Assembly: GCA_963702475.1 (NCBI GenBank)
Contig: CAVPCT010000003.1
Coordinates: 928,001-992,000, forward strand
Origin: an uncultured Thermoleophilia bacterium
GTDB taxonomy: Bacteria > Actinomycetota > Thermoleophilia > UBA2241
Direction: 5' to 3'
Length of the DNA: 64,000 bases
This document shows positions 38,346-47,598 of this stretch, piece after piece. The position numbers and the translations under genes were made by a program. The first letter of the stretch is position 1. Every line of letters begins with the position of its first letter. The notes below the pieces were generated by a model. The model was not told the DNA's origin. It saw only the letters and a list, made by a program, of their open reading frames with translations, and made no database searches.

Positions 38346-38984
38346 GTGCGCCTCATGCTGGCCACGGGCAACCGCCACAAGCTCGGCGAGTTCCGCGGCA
38401 TCCTGGCGCCGCTCGAGGTGCTCCCCATGCCGGGCGGCGTCGAACTGCCCCCCGAGGGCAGCGAGTCCTTTGCGGCCAACGCGAGGGGCAAGGCGCTGGG
38501 GCTCGCCGAGGCGCTGGCCGCGCGCGGCGGGCCGGTGCCGGACGACCTGCTCTTCCTCGCCGACGACTCCGGCCTCGAGGTCGAGGCGCTGGGCTGGGCG
38601 CCGGGCGTCACCAGCGCCCGTTACGCGGGCGTGGACGGGCCCGGCGCCGACGCCGCCAATGTGGCGCGCCTCCTCAGGGAGCTGGCCGGCTGCGCCGGCC
38701 CCGACCTGCGCCGGGCGCGCTTCGTCTGCTCCGTTGTCGCCGTCGCCGCCGACATGCGAGAATACGCGGCGACGGGATTCTGGTGGGGCGCCATCGCCGC
38801 CTCGCCGCGCGGAGAAGGCGGGTTCGGGTACGACCCCGTCTTCGTCCCCGAGGGGTCAGACCTCACTGTGGCCGAGTGGCCGCAGGCGGACAAGGACCAG
38901 GCCAGCCACCGCGCACTGGCCGGTAGGGCCCTCCTCGAACGGCTGCGACAGGAGGGTGTCGTCCATGGAGGTCCGCAAGCCTGA
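38346..38984 (+). CDS. rdgB: Non-canonical purine NTP pyrophosphatase (RdgB/HAM1)
   Basis: ATGNRHK, ADDSGL, GFGYDPVF and SHR; follows rph. Confidence 0.93.
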   Translation: MRLMLATGNRHKLGEFRGILAPLEVLPMPGGVELPPEGSESFAANARGKALGLAEALAARGGPVPDDLLFLADDSGLEVEALGWAPGVTSARYAGVDGPGADAANVARLLRELAGCAGPDLRRARFVCSVVAVAADMREYAATGFWWGAIAASPRGEGGFGYDPVFVPEGSDLTVAEWPQADKDQASHRALAGRALLERLRQEGVVHGGPQA

Positions 38985-39921
38985 CTTCGGTCGTTCCCCC
39001 GACGACCTGGCCAACGACAAGCTGAAGTCCCGCGCCGCGGCGATCTCCATCGCCTCCAACACGGCGCTCATCGGATTCAAGCTCGCGGTCGGCATCCTGT
39101 CGGGGTCCATCGCCATCATCTCCGAGGCGCTGCACTCGGGCTCGGACCTCGTGGCGGCGATCATCGCCTTCTACTCGGTGCGCAAAGCCGCCGAGCCTCC
39201 GGATATCCACCACCACTACGGGCACGAGAAGGTCGAGAACCTCAGCGGGGTCATCGAGGCGCTGCTCATCATCGCGGCCGCCGGCGTGATCATCTACGAG
39301 GGCGTCATGAAGATCATCGACGGTCCGCATATCGACCACGTGTGGCTGGGCATCGCCGTCATGGCCACGTCCGGCGTCGCCAACCTCGTGGTCTCCAAGA
39401 AGGTGCTGTATCCGGTGGCGCGGCGCACGGAGTCGGCCGCGCTGGAGGCGGACGCGGCCCACCTGCTCACCGACGTCTACACGTCGTTCGGTGTCGCAGG
39501 CGGTCTGCTGCTCGTCAAGCTCACCGGGTGGGAGTACCTGGACCCCATCGCCGCCATCGCGGTGGCGGTGCTCATCATCAAGACGGGGTACGAGCTGGTG
39601 ATCCAGTCCACCAGGGTGCTGCTCGATGAGACCCTGCCCGAGGCGGAGCTGGAGGAGATCCGCCGCTGCGTCGTCGAGCACAAGGGCGACCTCATCTGGG
39701 GCTATCACCGCCTCCGCGCCCGCAGGGCCGGCAGCCGCCGTCACATCGACCTGCACGTGCTCGTTGAAGACGACCTCACCGTGACCGAGGCGCACGACGT
39801 GGCCGAGCACATCGCCGCCGACATCCGCGGCTGCGTGCCCAACGCCGACGTGCTGGTGCACATCGAGCCGCGCGCGACGCGGCGCGACGACAGCGAGCCG
39901 CCGGGGAAGGCCTACGAGTAG
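38965..39921 (+). CDS. Cation diffusion facilitator (FieF-like) transporter
   Basis: SEALHSGSD, PPD..H.YGH.K.E, ADAAHLLTD and a C-terminal dimerisation domain. Confidence 0.9.
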   Translation: MEVRKPDFGRSPDDLANDKLKSRAAAISIASNTALIGFKLAVGILSGSIAIISEALHSGSDLVAAIIAFYSVRKAAEPPDIHHHYGHEKVENLSGVIEALLIIAAAGVIIYEGVMKIIDGPHIDHVWLGIAVMATSGVANLVVSKKVLYPVARRTESAALEADAAHLLTDVYTSFGVAGGLLLVKLTGWEYLDPIAAIAVAVLIIKTGYELVIQSTRVLLDETLPEAELEEIRRCVVEHKGDLIWGYHRLRARRAGSRRHIDLHVLVEDDLTVTEAHDVAEHIAADIRGCVPNADVLVHIEPRATRRDDSEPPGKAYE

Positions 39922-41180
39922 AGGGGAGACAGCAGGAGGAAGCCGCTCATGACCACGAGCGCGCCGGTGAAGCCCCAGGCAATGATGTTGCGCACCCTCC
40001 CGTTGACGTGCTCGCCCATCACCCGCGGGTTGTTGATGAGCAGCAGGGTGAAGATGAGGATCACCGGCAGCAGGACGCCGTTGAGCGACTGCGCCACGAG
40101 GATCACGGTCACCAGCGGCAGGCCGGGGATCACCGCCACCGCGGCCGGCACGAACATCAGGACCGTGATGATGCCGTTGAACACCGGCGCCTCGCGGAAC
40201 GAGCTGTCCAGGCCGCTCTCGAAGCCGAAGGCCTCGCAGACCACGTAGGCGGTGGCCAGCGGCAGCACACCGGCCGCCAGGACCGACACGCTCAGCAGGC
40301 CGATGCCGAACAGGTAGCGGGCGGCCTGGCCGAGAAAGGGCTCCAGGGCCATGGCGGCATCCTGGGCCGACGTCACCACGACGCTCTCGGGGAACAGCGT
40401 CGCGGCGCAGGCGACGACGATGAAGAAGTCGATCGTGGTCATCATCACCGAGCCCACGTAGATCTCGTACTTGGTGTACACGTACTGCTTCCACGGCACC
40501 TTTTTGTCGATGACGGCCGCCTGGATGAAGAACTGGCCCCAGGGCGTCAGCGTCGTGCCGATGGCGGCGATGACCGTAAAGAGCCAGAGGGTGTCCCACT
40601 CGATGTGCGGGTGCGTGGCCCCATGGAGCGCCTTGCCCCAGTCGGGGCCGGCCATGATGCCGGCGATCACGTAGGTGACGAGGACGAAGCCCAGGGCCAG
40701 CAGCACGCGCTCCACCTTGCGGTACGAGCCGCGCGTGACCAGGAACCACACGGCTACGGCGACGACGGGCACGGCCACGTAGGACGGCACGTGAAAGAGG
40801 CCGGCCGCGGCCGCCACGCCGGAGAACTCGGCTACCGTGGTGCCGAAGTTGGCGATCACGGTGGCGAGTATCGCGAGCGCCGTCAGCCGCAGGCTGAAGT
40901 TCTCGCGGATCAGGCCGGCGAGCCCGCGTCCCGTCACCACGCCGACGCGGGCGTTCATCTCCTGGACGATGGCCAGCACCGGAGTGATCGCGACGAGCAG
41001 CCAGATGAGACTGTAGCCGTAGCGCGAGCCGATCACCGACCAGGTCGTGATGCCGCCGGCGTCGTTGCCGGCGTTCGCCGCGATCAGGCCGGGGCCGACC
41101 ATGCTCAGCACGATGAGCAGGCGGCTGCGGCCGATGCGGCCGACCAGGCTGCGGCCTACGGCACGCGGGGACCGCGCCAT
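39912..41180 (-). CDS. NRAMP-related divalent cation (probably Mg2+) transporter
   Basis: GPGLIAANAGNDAGG in TM1 instead of DPGN, GTTLTPW in TM6; downstream of the M-box. Confidence 0.85.
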   Translation of the reverse strand: MARSPRAVGRSLVGRIGRSRLLIVLSMVGPGLIAANAGNDAGGITTWSVIGSRYGYSLIWLLVAITPVLAIVQEMNARVGVVTGRGLAGLIRENFSLRLTALAILATVIANFGTTVAEFSGVAAAAGLFHVPSYVAVPVVAVAVWFLVTRGSYRKVERVLLALGFVLVTYVIAGIMAGPDWGKALHGATHPHIEWDTLWLFTVIAAIGTTLTPWGQFFIQAAVIDKKVPWKQYVYTKYEIYVGSVMMTTIDFFIVVACAATLFPESVVVTSAQDAAMALEPFLGQAARYLFGIGLLSVSVLAAGVLPLATAYVVCEAFGFESGLDSSFREAPVFNGIITVLMFVPAAVAVIPGLPLVTVILVAQSLNGVLLPVILIFTLLLINNPRVMGEHVNGRVRNIIAWGFTGALVVMSGFLLLSPLYS

Positions 41181-41190
41181 CGAGGCCTCT

Positions 41191-42441
41191 TCAATGGAAG
41201 ATCCTCGGGAGGCGCTTCTTCCAAGCGAGCGGGAGCACCAGGTCGATGGCGTCATCCACGGTGATGATGCCGTGGATCTCGCCCTCGTCGTCCACGACGG
41301 GCAGGGCGAGCAGGTTGTACTTGGCGATCAGCTCTGTGATCTCGTCCTCGGTGCCCGTCGTGAGTACGGACACCGGGTTCTCCGTCATGAAGTCCCGCAC
41401 CTTCTTCTCGGGCGGCGTGGTGAGCAGGTCGCGCAGCGAGAACACGCCGCGCAGTCTGTCCGAGCGGTCCACGACGTAGATGTAGTACACGGTCTCGGCG
41501 TGCTCGGCCTGCTCGCGCAGCCGCTCCATGGCCCGCTCCGCGGTGTCGTCGAGGCGAGCCCAGGCGTAGTCGGTGGTCATGATGCCGCCGGCCGAGTGCT
41601 CCGGGTAGCTGAGCAGCTCGCGCAGGTCCTCGGCGTCGTCCTTCTTCATCATGGCGATGAAGTGCTGGCGGCGATCGTCCGGGAGGTCCGCCAGCAGGTC
41701 GGCGGCGTCGTCCGGCGACATGTTGGCCAGCAGTTCCGCCGCCCTGTCGTCGGGGAGGTCCTGCAGCAGCGAGGCCTGGTACGACGGGTGCATCTCCTCG
41801 AAGGCGTCGGCGGCCAGGTCGTCCTCGAGCGCGTCCAGCACTGCGGCGCGCTCGTCGGGCGAGAGCTCGTGCACCAGGTCGGCGATGTCGGCCGGGTGCA
41901 GCAGTTCGAGCTTGGTCTGCGGGACGGCGAGGCGCACCGAGCTGTCGTCCGTGTGCTCGACGTCCACGTGCTTCCAGTCGATGAGGTGCGGCTTGGCCTT
42001 CTGGCGACCCGTGGCGAGACGCTCACCCACCTTGGCGAGCCCGACGCGGCGCAGGATGGCGTTGCTGGAGACGTCCACACCCACCACGTGGACCTCGTTG
42101 GCGGACCGCAGCAGCTGGATGTCGTTCACGCGGATGACCTTGCGGCCCTCCGTGTCCACGAGTTGCTTGTCGAGGAAGGTGGCGGAGAGGAACAGCTCGC
42201 CCGGCCGCAGCGCACGCTCTCCGAGCTCTGCGGCCGGCACGCGCAGCAGCGTGCCCGACTCCTCGAAGCTGGTGACCTGGTCCCACGCGGCGTACACGAC
42301 CTTGCCGCGCCGCTTGACCGCCAGGGCGGTGACCACCGGGTACGCCGGCGCCGGCGAGACGATCAGGTCGTGCAGGGTGCCGGCCGGCTTGTCGGAGGCG
42401 TCGCGCACGGGGCTGCCGAGCAGCTTGCTCAAGAAGAACAC
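41191..42441 (-). CDS. Soluble MgtE-like protein (PRC-barrel-like + MgtE N-domain + CBS pair, no TM domain)
   Basis: LHPADIAD, PDDAADLL, SAGGIMTT and GIITVDD; ends without hydrophobic helices; GTG at 42441 with GGAGGAGGTG RBS. Confidence 0.88.
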   Translation of the reverse strand: MFFLSKLLGSPVRDASDKPAGTLHDLIVSPAPAYPVVTALAVKRRGKVVYAAWDQVTSFEESGTLLRVPAAELGERALRPGELFLSATFLDKQLVDTEGRKVIRVNDIQLLRSANEVHVVGVDVSSNAILRRVGLAKVGERLATGRQKAKPHLIDWKHVDVEHTDDSSVRLAVPQTKLELLHPADIADLVHELSPDERAAVLDALEDDLAADAFEEMHPSYQASLLQDLPDDRAAELLANMSPDDAADLLADLPDDRRQHFIAMMKKDDAEDLRELLSYPEHSAGGIMTTDYAWARLDDTAERAMERLREQAEHAETVYYIYVVDRSDRLRGVFSLRDLLTTPPEKKVRDFMTENPVSVLTTGTEDEITELIAKYNLLALPVVDDEGEIHGIITVDDAIDLVLPLAWKKRLPRIFH

Positions 42442-42476
42442 CGGCCTCACCTCCTCCACGCCATCGACCTGCAGAC

Positions 42477-42505
42477 CCAGAAAAGCCTTCCTCGCGGAAG
42501 GCTCC
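42477..42505 (-). terminator. Intrinsic terminator (M-box expression platform)
   Basis: Minus strand reads GGAGCCTTCC-GCGA-GGAAGGCTTTTCT. Confidence 0.85.
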
Positions 42506-42527
42506 GGGCGCATGGCTGGAGGAGCGG

Positions 42528-42688
42528 TCCTCACTCGTCCCAGCTTTAGCACAACACACCGTAGAGGTCAGGGCCTCAGCCGTCTTGGGCAAAACCTTGA
42601 TCCGGTAGTGCCTGTTCTACCCGTTGGCGTCTCTGGACGTTTCCGGGCAACGGCCTCTATGTGTGTCGGAGCCTCACCTAACGAGGAA
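42528..42688 (-). promoter_or_regulatory. M-box (ykoK) Mg2+ riboswitch
   Basis: Minus strand CTCGTTAGGTGAGGCTCC...GCCCGGAAACGTCCAGAGACGCCAACGGGT...AAGGT...GTGCTAAAGCT matches the ykoK landmarks; upstream of Mg-transport genes. Confidence 0.95.
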
Positions 42689-42841
42689 CGCGCCGTACTT
42701 GACGCTCGCGAAACGTATCTCCGCGCGCGTGGGACTGTCAAGGCGGCCTCGGTGGTATACTCCGGACTGCAGCGGGCCGGCGCCGTCACAAGGCGCCGGC
42801 TTTCGCGCGAGGGGACAGCGAAAGCGACGCCGAGCACCCAC

Positions 42842-43807
42842 GTGATCATCACCGTCACACCCAACGCAGCCGTTGACAAGACGCTCACGGTGCACAACTT
42901 CCAGACGGGCTTCCGCCATCGCGCCAGCGAGGGTCTCACGCTTCCGGGCGGCAAGGGCGTCAACATCGCCCGCGCCCTCAAGGCGTTGGGCCAGCCGGTC
43001 ATCGTTACCGGCCTTGTGGGAGGCCGCGCGGGCCAGCTCATCGTTGAGGGTCTGCAGCGGGAGAACATCCTCAACGACTTCGTCCACATCAGCGGCGAGA
43101 GCCGTACCTCCACGGCCGTCGTCGACCCCACCACCATGACCCAGACCGAGGTCATCGAGTACGGTCCGGTGGTCACGCCGCAGGAGGTCGAGGCCTTCCT
43201 CGACAAGATCGAGTACCTGGCCAAGGGCGCCCGTTTCCTCGTCCTCGCCGGCTCGCTGCCGCGCAAGATGGAAGAGGACTTCTACGCCGCGGTCATGCAG
43301 CGGGTGCGCCGCTTCCGCTGCTACGTGGTGCTCGACAGCGCGGCGGTACCGCTGCGCCTGGGCATCAAGGGCCGGCCGCACCTCGTGGTGCCGAACGTCC
43401 GCGAGGCCGAGGACCTCGTCGGGCACGAGTTCCACGACGACCAGGACCTGGTCGACGCCACCGGCATCATCTGCGACATGGGCGCGCGCAACGCCATCAT
43501 CAAGACGTCGCACGGCTGTGTCGCCCGCTTCCACGTGGGCCGCCGGCAGCGCGTGTTCCGCGCCTCGATCCAGCTGCTTGAGGCGGTCATCAGCACGGTC
43601 GGCTCCGGCGACGCCTTCCTCGCGGGGTTCGTCAGCGCCCGCTTCCAGAAGCTGGAGCTGCCCGAATGTCTGCGCCAGGGGCTGGCGGCCGGCGCCGCCA
43701 ACACGCAGCGCTACGGCGCCGGCATCCTCGACCCCGACCTGTTCGCCGCCCTGCTCGACACCACCGATGTGGTGGAGGCGGGCGGCGCGGGGCACGCAGC
43801 GGGCTGA
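42842..43807 (+). CDS. 1-phosphofructokinase / PfkB family hexose kinase
   Basis: ITVTPNAAVD, GGKGVNIAR, AGSLP and STVGSGDAFLAG. Confidence 0.9.
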   Translation: MIITVTPNAAVDKTLTVHNFQTGFRHRASEGLTLPGGKGVNIARALKALGQPVIVTGLVGGRAGQLIVEGLQRENILNDFVHISGESRTSTAVVDPTTMTQTEVIEYGPVVTPQEVEAFLDKIEYLAKGARFLVLAGSLPRKMEEDFYAAVMQRVRRFRCYVVLDSAAVPLRLGIKGRPHLVVPNVREAEDLVGHEFHDDQDLVDATGIICDMGARNAIIKTSHGCVARFHVGRRQRVFRASIQLLEAVISTVGSGDAFLAGFVSARFQKLELPECLRQGLAAGAANTQRYGAGILDPDLFAALLDTTDVVEAGGAGHAAG

Positions 43808-43998
43808 TCGCTGCGGCGGGCGCCAGCGCCCCTTGCGGCCCTGCGATTCTCTCCTTCCGTCCGGCCGCAGAACGCGCGACCCTAAAGAGGCGGGCCAAGA
43901 CTGTCGACAAACCTCCCTGAGGCCGGCGGGCGCACAGGACCCGCGGGTCGCACGCCGAGGGCGGGGAGGAAGACGGCATCGACGAGCTGGCCAGCATC

Positions 43999-45360
43999 GT
44001 GCTGCAGCACGTCCAGACCGCGGCCATGGCCGTGGACGACGACGGCCGCGTGGGGGTCTTCAACCCCGCGGCCGCGCGCGTGCTCGGCGTCCAGGCCCGG
44101 GCGGTCGCCGGTCGCCGGCTCGACGAGCTCGCCGATCCGCCGGCTCTGGCCGCGCTCGTCGGCGTGCTCGCGGAAGCGCGACGCAGCGGTGCCGAGGCGG
44201 CGCGCCGGCAGGTCGTGGTCAGCTCCGACGGCGGCGGGCAGACCCTCGGCTACACTGTCAGCATCCTGGGCGACGGCGGGGCCGCCGCCCTCTTCTTCGC
44301 CGACCTCACCGACGCTTTGGCCGAGGAGCGCCGCCTCGCCGAGGCGCAGCGGTTCGCGGAGGTCGGGCGCATCGCCAGCGCCATGACGCACGAGCTCAAG
44401 TCACCGCTGGCCACGGTCGAGCTCTACGCGAACCTGCTCCTGCGGCGTCAGGGCGACGACGACGTCACCAGGGAGCGGCTGGGCGTGATCAAGGACCAGA
44501 CGCGCCAGTGCCTGGACCGCCTCAAGGCGATCATGCACTCCATCAACCCGGAGGCGGCCGCGCGCGCCGAGGGCACGGTGCTCACCTCGCTGGGCCCGCT
44601 CGTGCGCGATGTGGCGGAGCAGCAGCGCCGCCGGTTCGACGGCGCCGAGATCAGGGTGAGGCTGACGAGAGACGAGCCGCGCGTCGCCCTGCGTGAGGCC
44701 GACTGCCGCTCCGTCGTCACGAACCTCGTGACCAACGCGCTCGAGGTCACGGGTGGGAAGGGGCCTCTCGATGTGAGTCTCCGCCGCGAGAACGGTCTCG
44801 TGGCGCTGCGCGTGGCCGACCGCGGCCCCGGTCTGCCGTCCGGCGACGTGTTCGCCGCGTTCTTCAGCACCAAGGCCAGCGGCACCGGCCTCGGTCTGTG
44901 GCTCGTACGCAGTCTCGTCGAGGCGGCCGGCGGCACCATCCGCGCCGGCGACAGGCGCGGGGGTGGGGCGGAGTTCGTCGTGACGCTGCCCGTCCCCGAC
45001 CGCGCCCGGCTCTCCGGGGCCGGCGTGCTCGTGGTGGAGGACGACCCCGTGCTTCGTGAGGCGGAGGCAGAAGCGCTCGTCTCGTCCGGGGCCGTGGTGA
45101 CGGCCGTCGGCTCGGGCCGGGACGTCCCCAGACGCGGCGCCTGGCAGTGCGCCGTGCTCGATTTCCAGCTGCCGGGTCAGTCCGGCGTGGACATAGCGAA
45201 GAACCTGCCCGTCGGCGTCCCCGTGCTGCTGGCCAGCGGGTTCCAGGGCGCAGGCGGCGCGCTCGCCGAAGTCCGTGGACGGCAGGCGTGGTACCTGCCC
45301 AAACCCTTCGAGGTCGGGACCTTCCTGGACCTCGTCTCACTCCTGGTGGTGGCTCAATGA
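43999..45360 (+). CDS. Hybrid sensor histidine kinase (PAS-HisKA-HATPase-receiver)
   Basis: FNPAA (PAS), THELKSPL, NLVTNA, DRGPG, GTGLGL; receiver VEDD...LDFQLP...KPF. Start uncertain. Confidence 0.85.
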   Translation: MLQHVQTAAMAVDDDGRVGVFNPAAARVLGVQARAVAGRRLDELADPPALAALVGVLAEARRSGAEAARRQVVVSSDGGGQTLGYTVSILGDGGAAALFFADLTDALAEERRLAEAQRFAEVGRIASAMTHELKSPLATVELYANLLLRRQGDDDVTRERLGVIKDQTRQCLDRLKAIMHSINPEAAARAEGTVLTSLGPLVRDVAEQQRRRFDGAEIRVRLTRDEPRVALREADCRSVVTNLVTNALEVTGGKGPLDVSLRRENGLVALRVADRGPGLPSGDVFAAFFSTKASGTGLGLWLVRSLVEAAGGTIRAGDRRGGGAEFVVTLPVPDRARLSGAGVLVVEDDPVLREAEAEALVSSGAVVTAVGSGRDVPRRGAWQCAVLDFQLPGQSGVDIAKNLPVGVPVLLASGFQGAGGALAEVRGRQAWYLPKPFEVGTFLDLVSLLVVAQ

Positions 45361-46019
45361 CAGACAAGGGACGCGTCATCATCGCGGACGACCACGGTCT
45401 CTTCAGGCAGGGGCTCAGGCAGCTGCTTGAGGCCGAAGGGTACGAAGTGGCGGCCGAGGCGGCCAGCGGCGACAAGGCCATCGCCAGCGTGGGCGAGAAC
45501 CCGGGGTGCGTGCTGCTCCTCGACATCTCGATGCCGGGCATGAGCGGCCTGGACGTCGCCCGCCGGCTCAGCGAGCGGGGCGACGACGTCAAGGTCATCA
45601 TCCTGAGCGCGCGCGAGGATCGGGACGCGCTCTTCAGCGCGATCTCCGCCGGCGCGCGAGGCTACGTCGCCAAGGACGCCGAGCCCGAGCAGCTGTTCGG
45701 GGCGATCGACCTCGTGGTCAAGGGCGGCACCGTGCTCAGCACCGGCGTGGCCGCCAACCTCGGCGAGGGCATCCGCCAACTCGACTACGCGCCGGGCGCC
45801 TACGAGCAGCGCCGCCTCGAGCTCACCGACCGCGAGCTCGAGATCCTGCGCCTCCTGGCCACGCCGCGCTCCCCGGCGCAGATCGCCTCCGAGCTCTTCC
45901 TGAGCAAGAAGACCGTGCAGAACCACATCTCGGCGATCTACCGCAAGCTCGGCGTGCGCAGCCGGGCCGAGGCCATCGTCAAGGGCATGGATCTGCACCT
46001 GATCGACGCGCGCGCCTGA
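45357..46019 (+). CDS. NarL/LuxR family response regulator
   Basis: ADDH, LLDISMP, LTDRE and TVQNHISAIYRKL; ATGA overlap with the kinase. Confidence 0.92.
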   Translation: MTDKGRVIIADDHGLFRQGLRQLLEAEGYEVAAEAASGDKAIASVGENPGCVLLLDISMPGMSGLDVARRLSERGDDVKVIILSAREDRDALFSAISAGARGYVAKDAEPEQLFGAIDLVVKGGTVLSTGVAANLGEGIRQLDYAPGAYEQRRLELTDRELEILRLLATPRSPAQIASELFLSKKTVQNHISAIYRKLGVRSRAEAIVKGMDLHLIDARA

Positions 46020-46179
46020 CGCGTCGAATCCCGTGCCACGGCCGGCCGGTCCCTGCGGGGCGGCCGGCCGTTCCGCTCTTCAGACCGGTGATCAGGGGCG
46101 GCGGGCGGCCCATGCGGCCTCCCGCCGCCCCTGCCTTCGGGGAGCCTCGCGCATCGCCCTTCCCGTGCGCCTCATCGTG

Positions 46180-46208
46180 TTGCGCCACCCAGAGCCCGCT
46201 GGTACAGT
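46180..46208 (+). promoter_or_regulatory. Putative sigma70 promoter of guaB3-guaA
   Basis: TTGCGC, 17-nt spacer, TG-g-TACAGT (extended -10). Confidence 0.6.
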
Positions 46209-46263
46209 CCTAGGACGTTGACACGAGAGACGGCAGCCCACACAACACTCCACCAGCGCCCAG

Positions 46264-46296
46264 AGACCCCGGTACGTCCGTGCCCGGGTCTTTTGT
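46264..46296 (+). terminator. Intrinsic terminator inside the guaB3 5' leader (putative attenuator)
   Basis: GACCC-C-GGTAC-GTCC-GTGCC-C-GGGTC hairpin followed by TTTT, between the promoter and the ATG. Confidence 0.6.
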
Positions 46297-46348
46297 GTAT
46301 CCGGAGTCAGAGTCGCAGCACGCGCCCCGCGCCCCCGAGGAGGACGCC

Positions 46349-47506
46349 ATGGAAGTAGAGATCGGCCGCGGCAAGAAGGGCCGCCGCGCCTACGGGTTCG
46401 ACGACATCGCCATCGTCCCCAGCCGTCGCACGCGCGACGCCGAGGACGTCGACATCACCTGGAAGCTCGGGCCGCACACGCTTGAGCTCCCGTGCCTCGC
46501 CTCCGCCATGGACGGCGTGGTCGACCCGAAGTTCGCCGTCGCCATGGGCAAGCTCGGCGGCTTGGCCGTGCTCAACCTCGAGGGCGTGCAGACGCGCTAC
46601 GAGAACGCCGACGAGCAGCTCGACCGCATCGCCGCGCTCCCCAAGGAGACCGCCACCCGCACGATGCAGCAGATCTATAAGGAGCCCATCAAGGCCGAGC
46701 TGGTCGCGAAGCGCGTCAAAGAGATCAAGGACGCCGGCGTGCTGGCGGCAGCCTCCCTCACGCCGCAGCGCGTGCAGGAGTACTACCAGGTCGCGCTCGA
46801 CGCCGGCCTGGACGTGCTCGTCATCCAGGGCACCGTGGTCTCGGCCGAGCACGTGAGCAGCAAGGTCGAGCCGCTCGACCTCAGGGCCTTCATCGCCGGC
46901 TGCCCGGTGCCGGTCATCGTGGGCGGCGTGGCCTCCTACTCCACCACGCTGCACCTCATGCGCACCGGCGCCGTCGGCGTGCTCGTGGGCGTCGGCCCGG
47001 GCCACGCCTGCACCACGCGCGGCGTGCTCGGCATCGGCGTGCCGCAGGCCACGGCCATCGCCGACGCCGCGGCGGCGCGCGTGCAGCACCTGCTCGAGAC
47101 CGGGCAGTACTGCAACGTCATCGCCGACGGCGGCATGCGCACCGGCGGCGACGTGAGCAAGGCCATCGCCCTCGGCGCCGACGCCGTCATGATCGGCTCG
47201 CCGCTGGCCGCGGCAAGCGAGGCTCCCGGCCGCGGCTACCACTGGGGCATGGCCACCTTCCACCCCGAGCTGCCGCGCGGCACGCGCGTCAAGGCGGGCG
47301 AGAAGGGCACGCTCGCGGAGATCCTCCTCGGCCCCGCACACGAGAACGACGGCACGCTCAACCTGTTCGGCGCGCTTCGCACGAGCATGGCCACCTGCGG
47401 CTACGAGACCCTGCACTCGTTCCAGAAGGCCGAGGTCATGGTCGCGCCGGCGCTCATGACCGAAGGCAAGAAGCTGCAGAAGGAGCAAGACGTCGGGATG
47501 GGCTGA
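46349..47506 (+). CDS. guaB3: GuaB3 family IMP dehydrogenase-related protein
   Basis: YGFDDIAIVPSRRTRD, GVGPGHACTTR and IADGG; no CBS domains. Confidence 0.9.
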   Translation: MEVEIGRGKKGRRAYGFDDIAIVPSRRTRDAEDVDITWKLGPHTLELPCLASAMDGVVDPKFAVAMGKLGGLAVLNLEGVQTRYENADEQLDRIAALPKETATRTMQQIYKEPIKAELVAKRVKEIKDAGVLAAASLTPQRVQEYYQVALDAGLDVLVIQGTVVSAEHVSSKVEPLDLRAFIAGCPVPVIVGGVASYSTTLHLMRTGAVGVLVGVGPGHACTTRGVLGIGVPQATAIADAAAARVQHLLETGQYCNVIADGGMRTGGDVSKAIALGADAVMIGSPLAAASEAPGRGYHWGMATFHPELPRGTRVKAGEKGTLAEILLGPAHENDGTLNLFGALRTSMATCGYETLHSFQKAEVMVAPALMTEGKKLQKEQDVGMG

Positions 47507-47598
47507 GACCGGTCCCGCGCACACGCTGAGGTCGACGGGAGGGGCTGAGGAGGCCGGCGGCCGCCTCAGCCCCGCGTCGTGAGGGAAGGGAGACCAGA

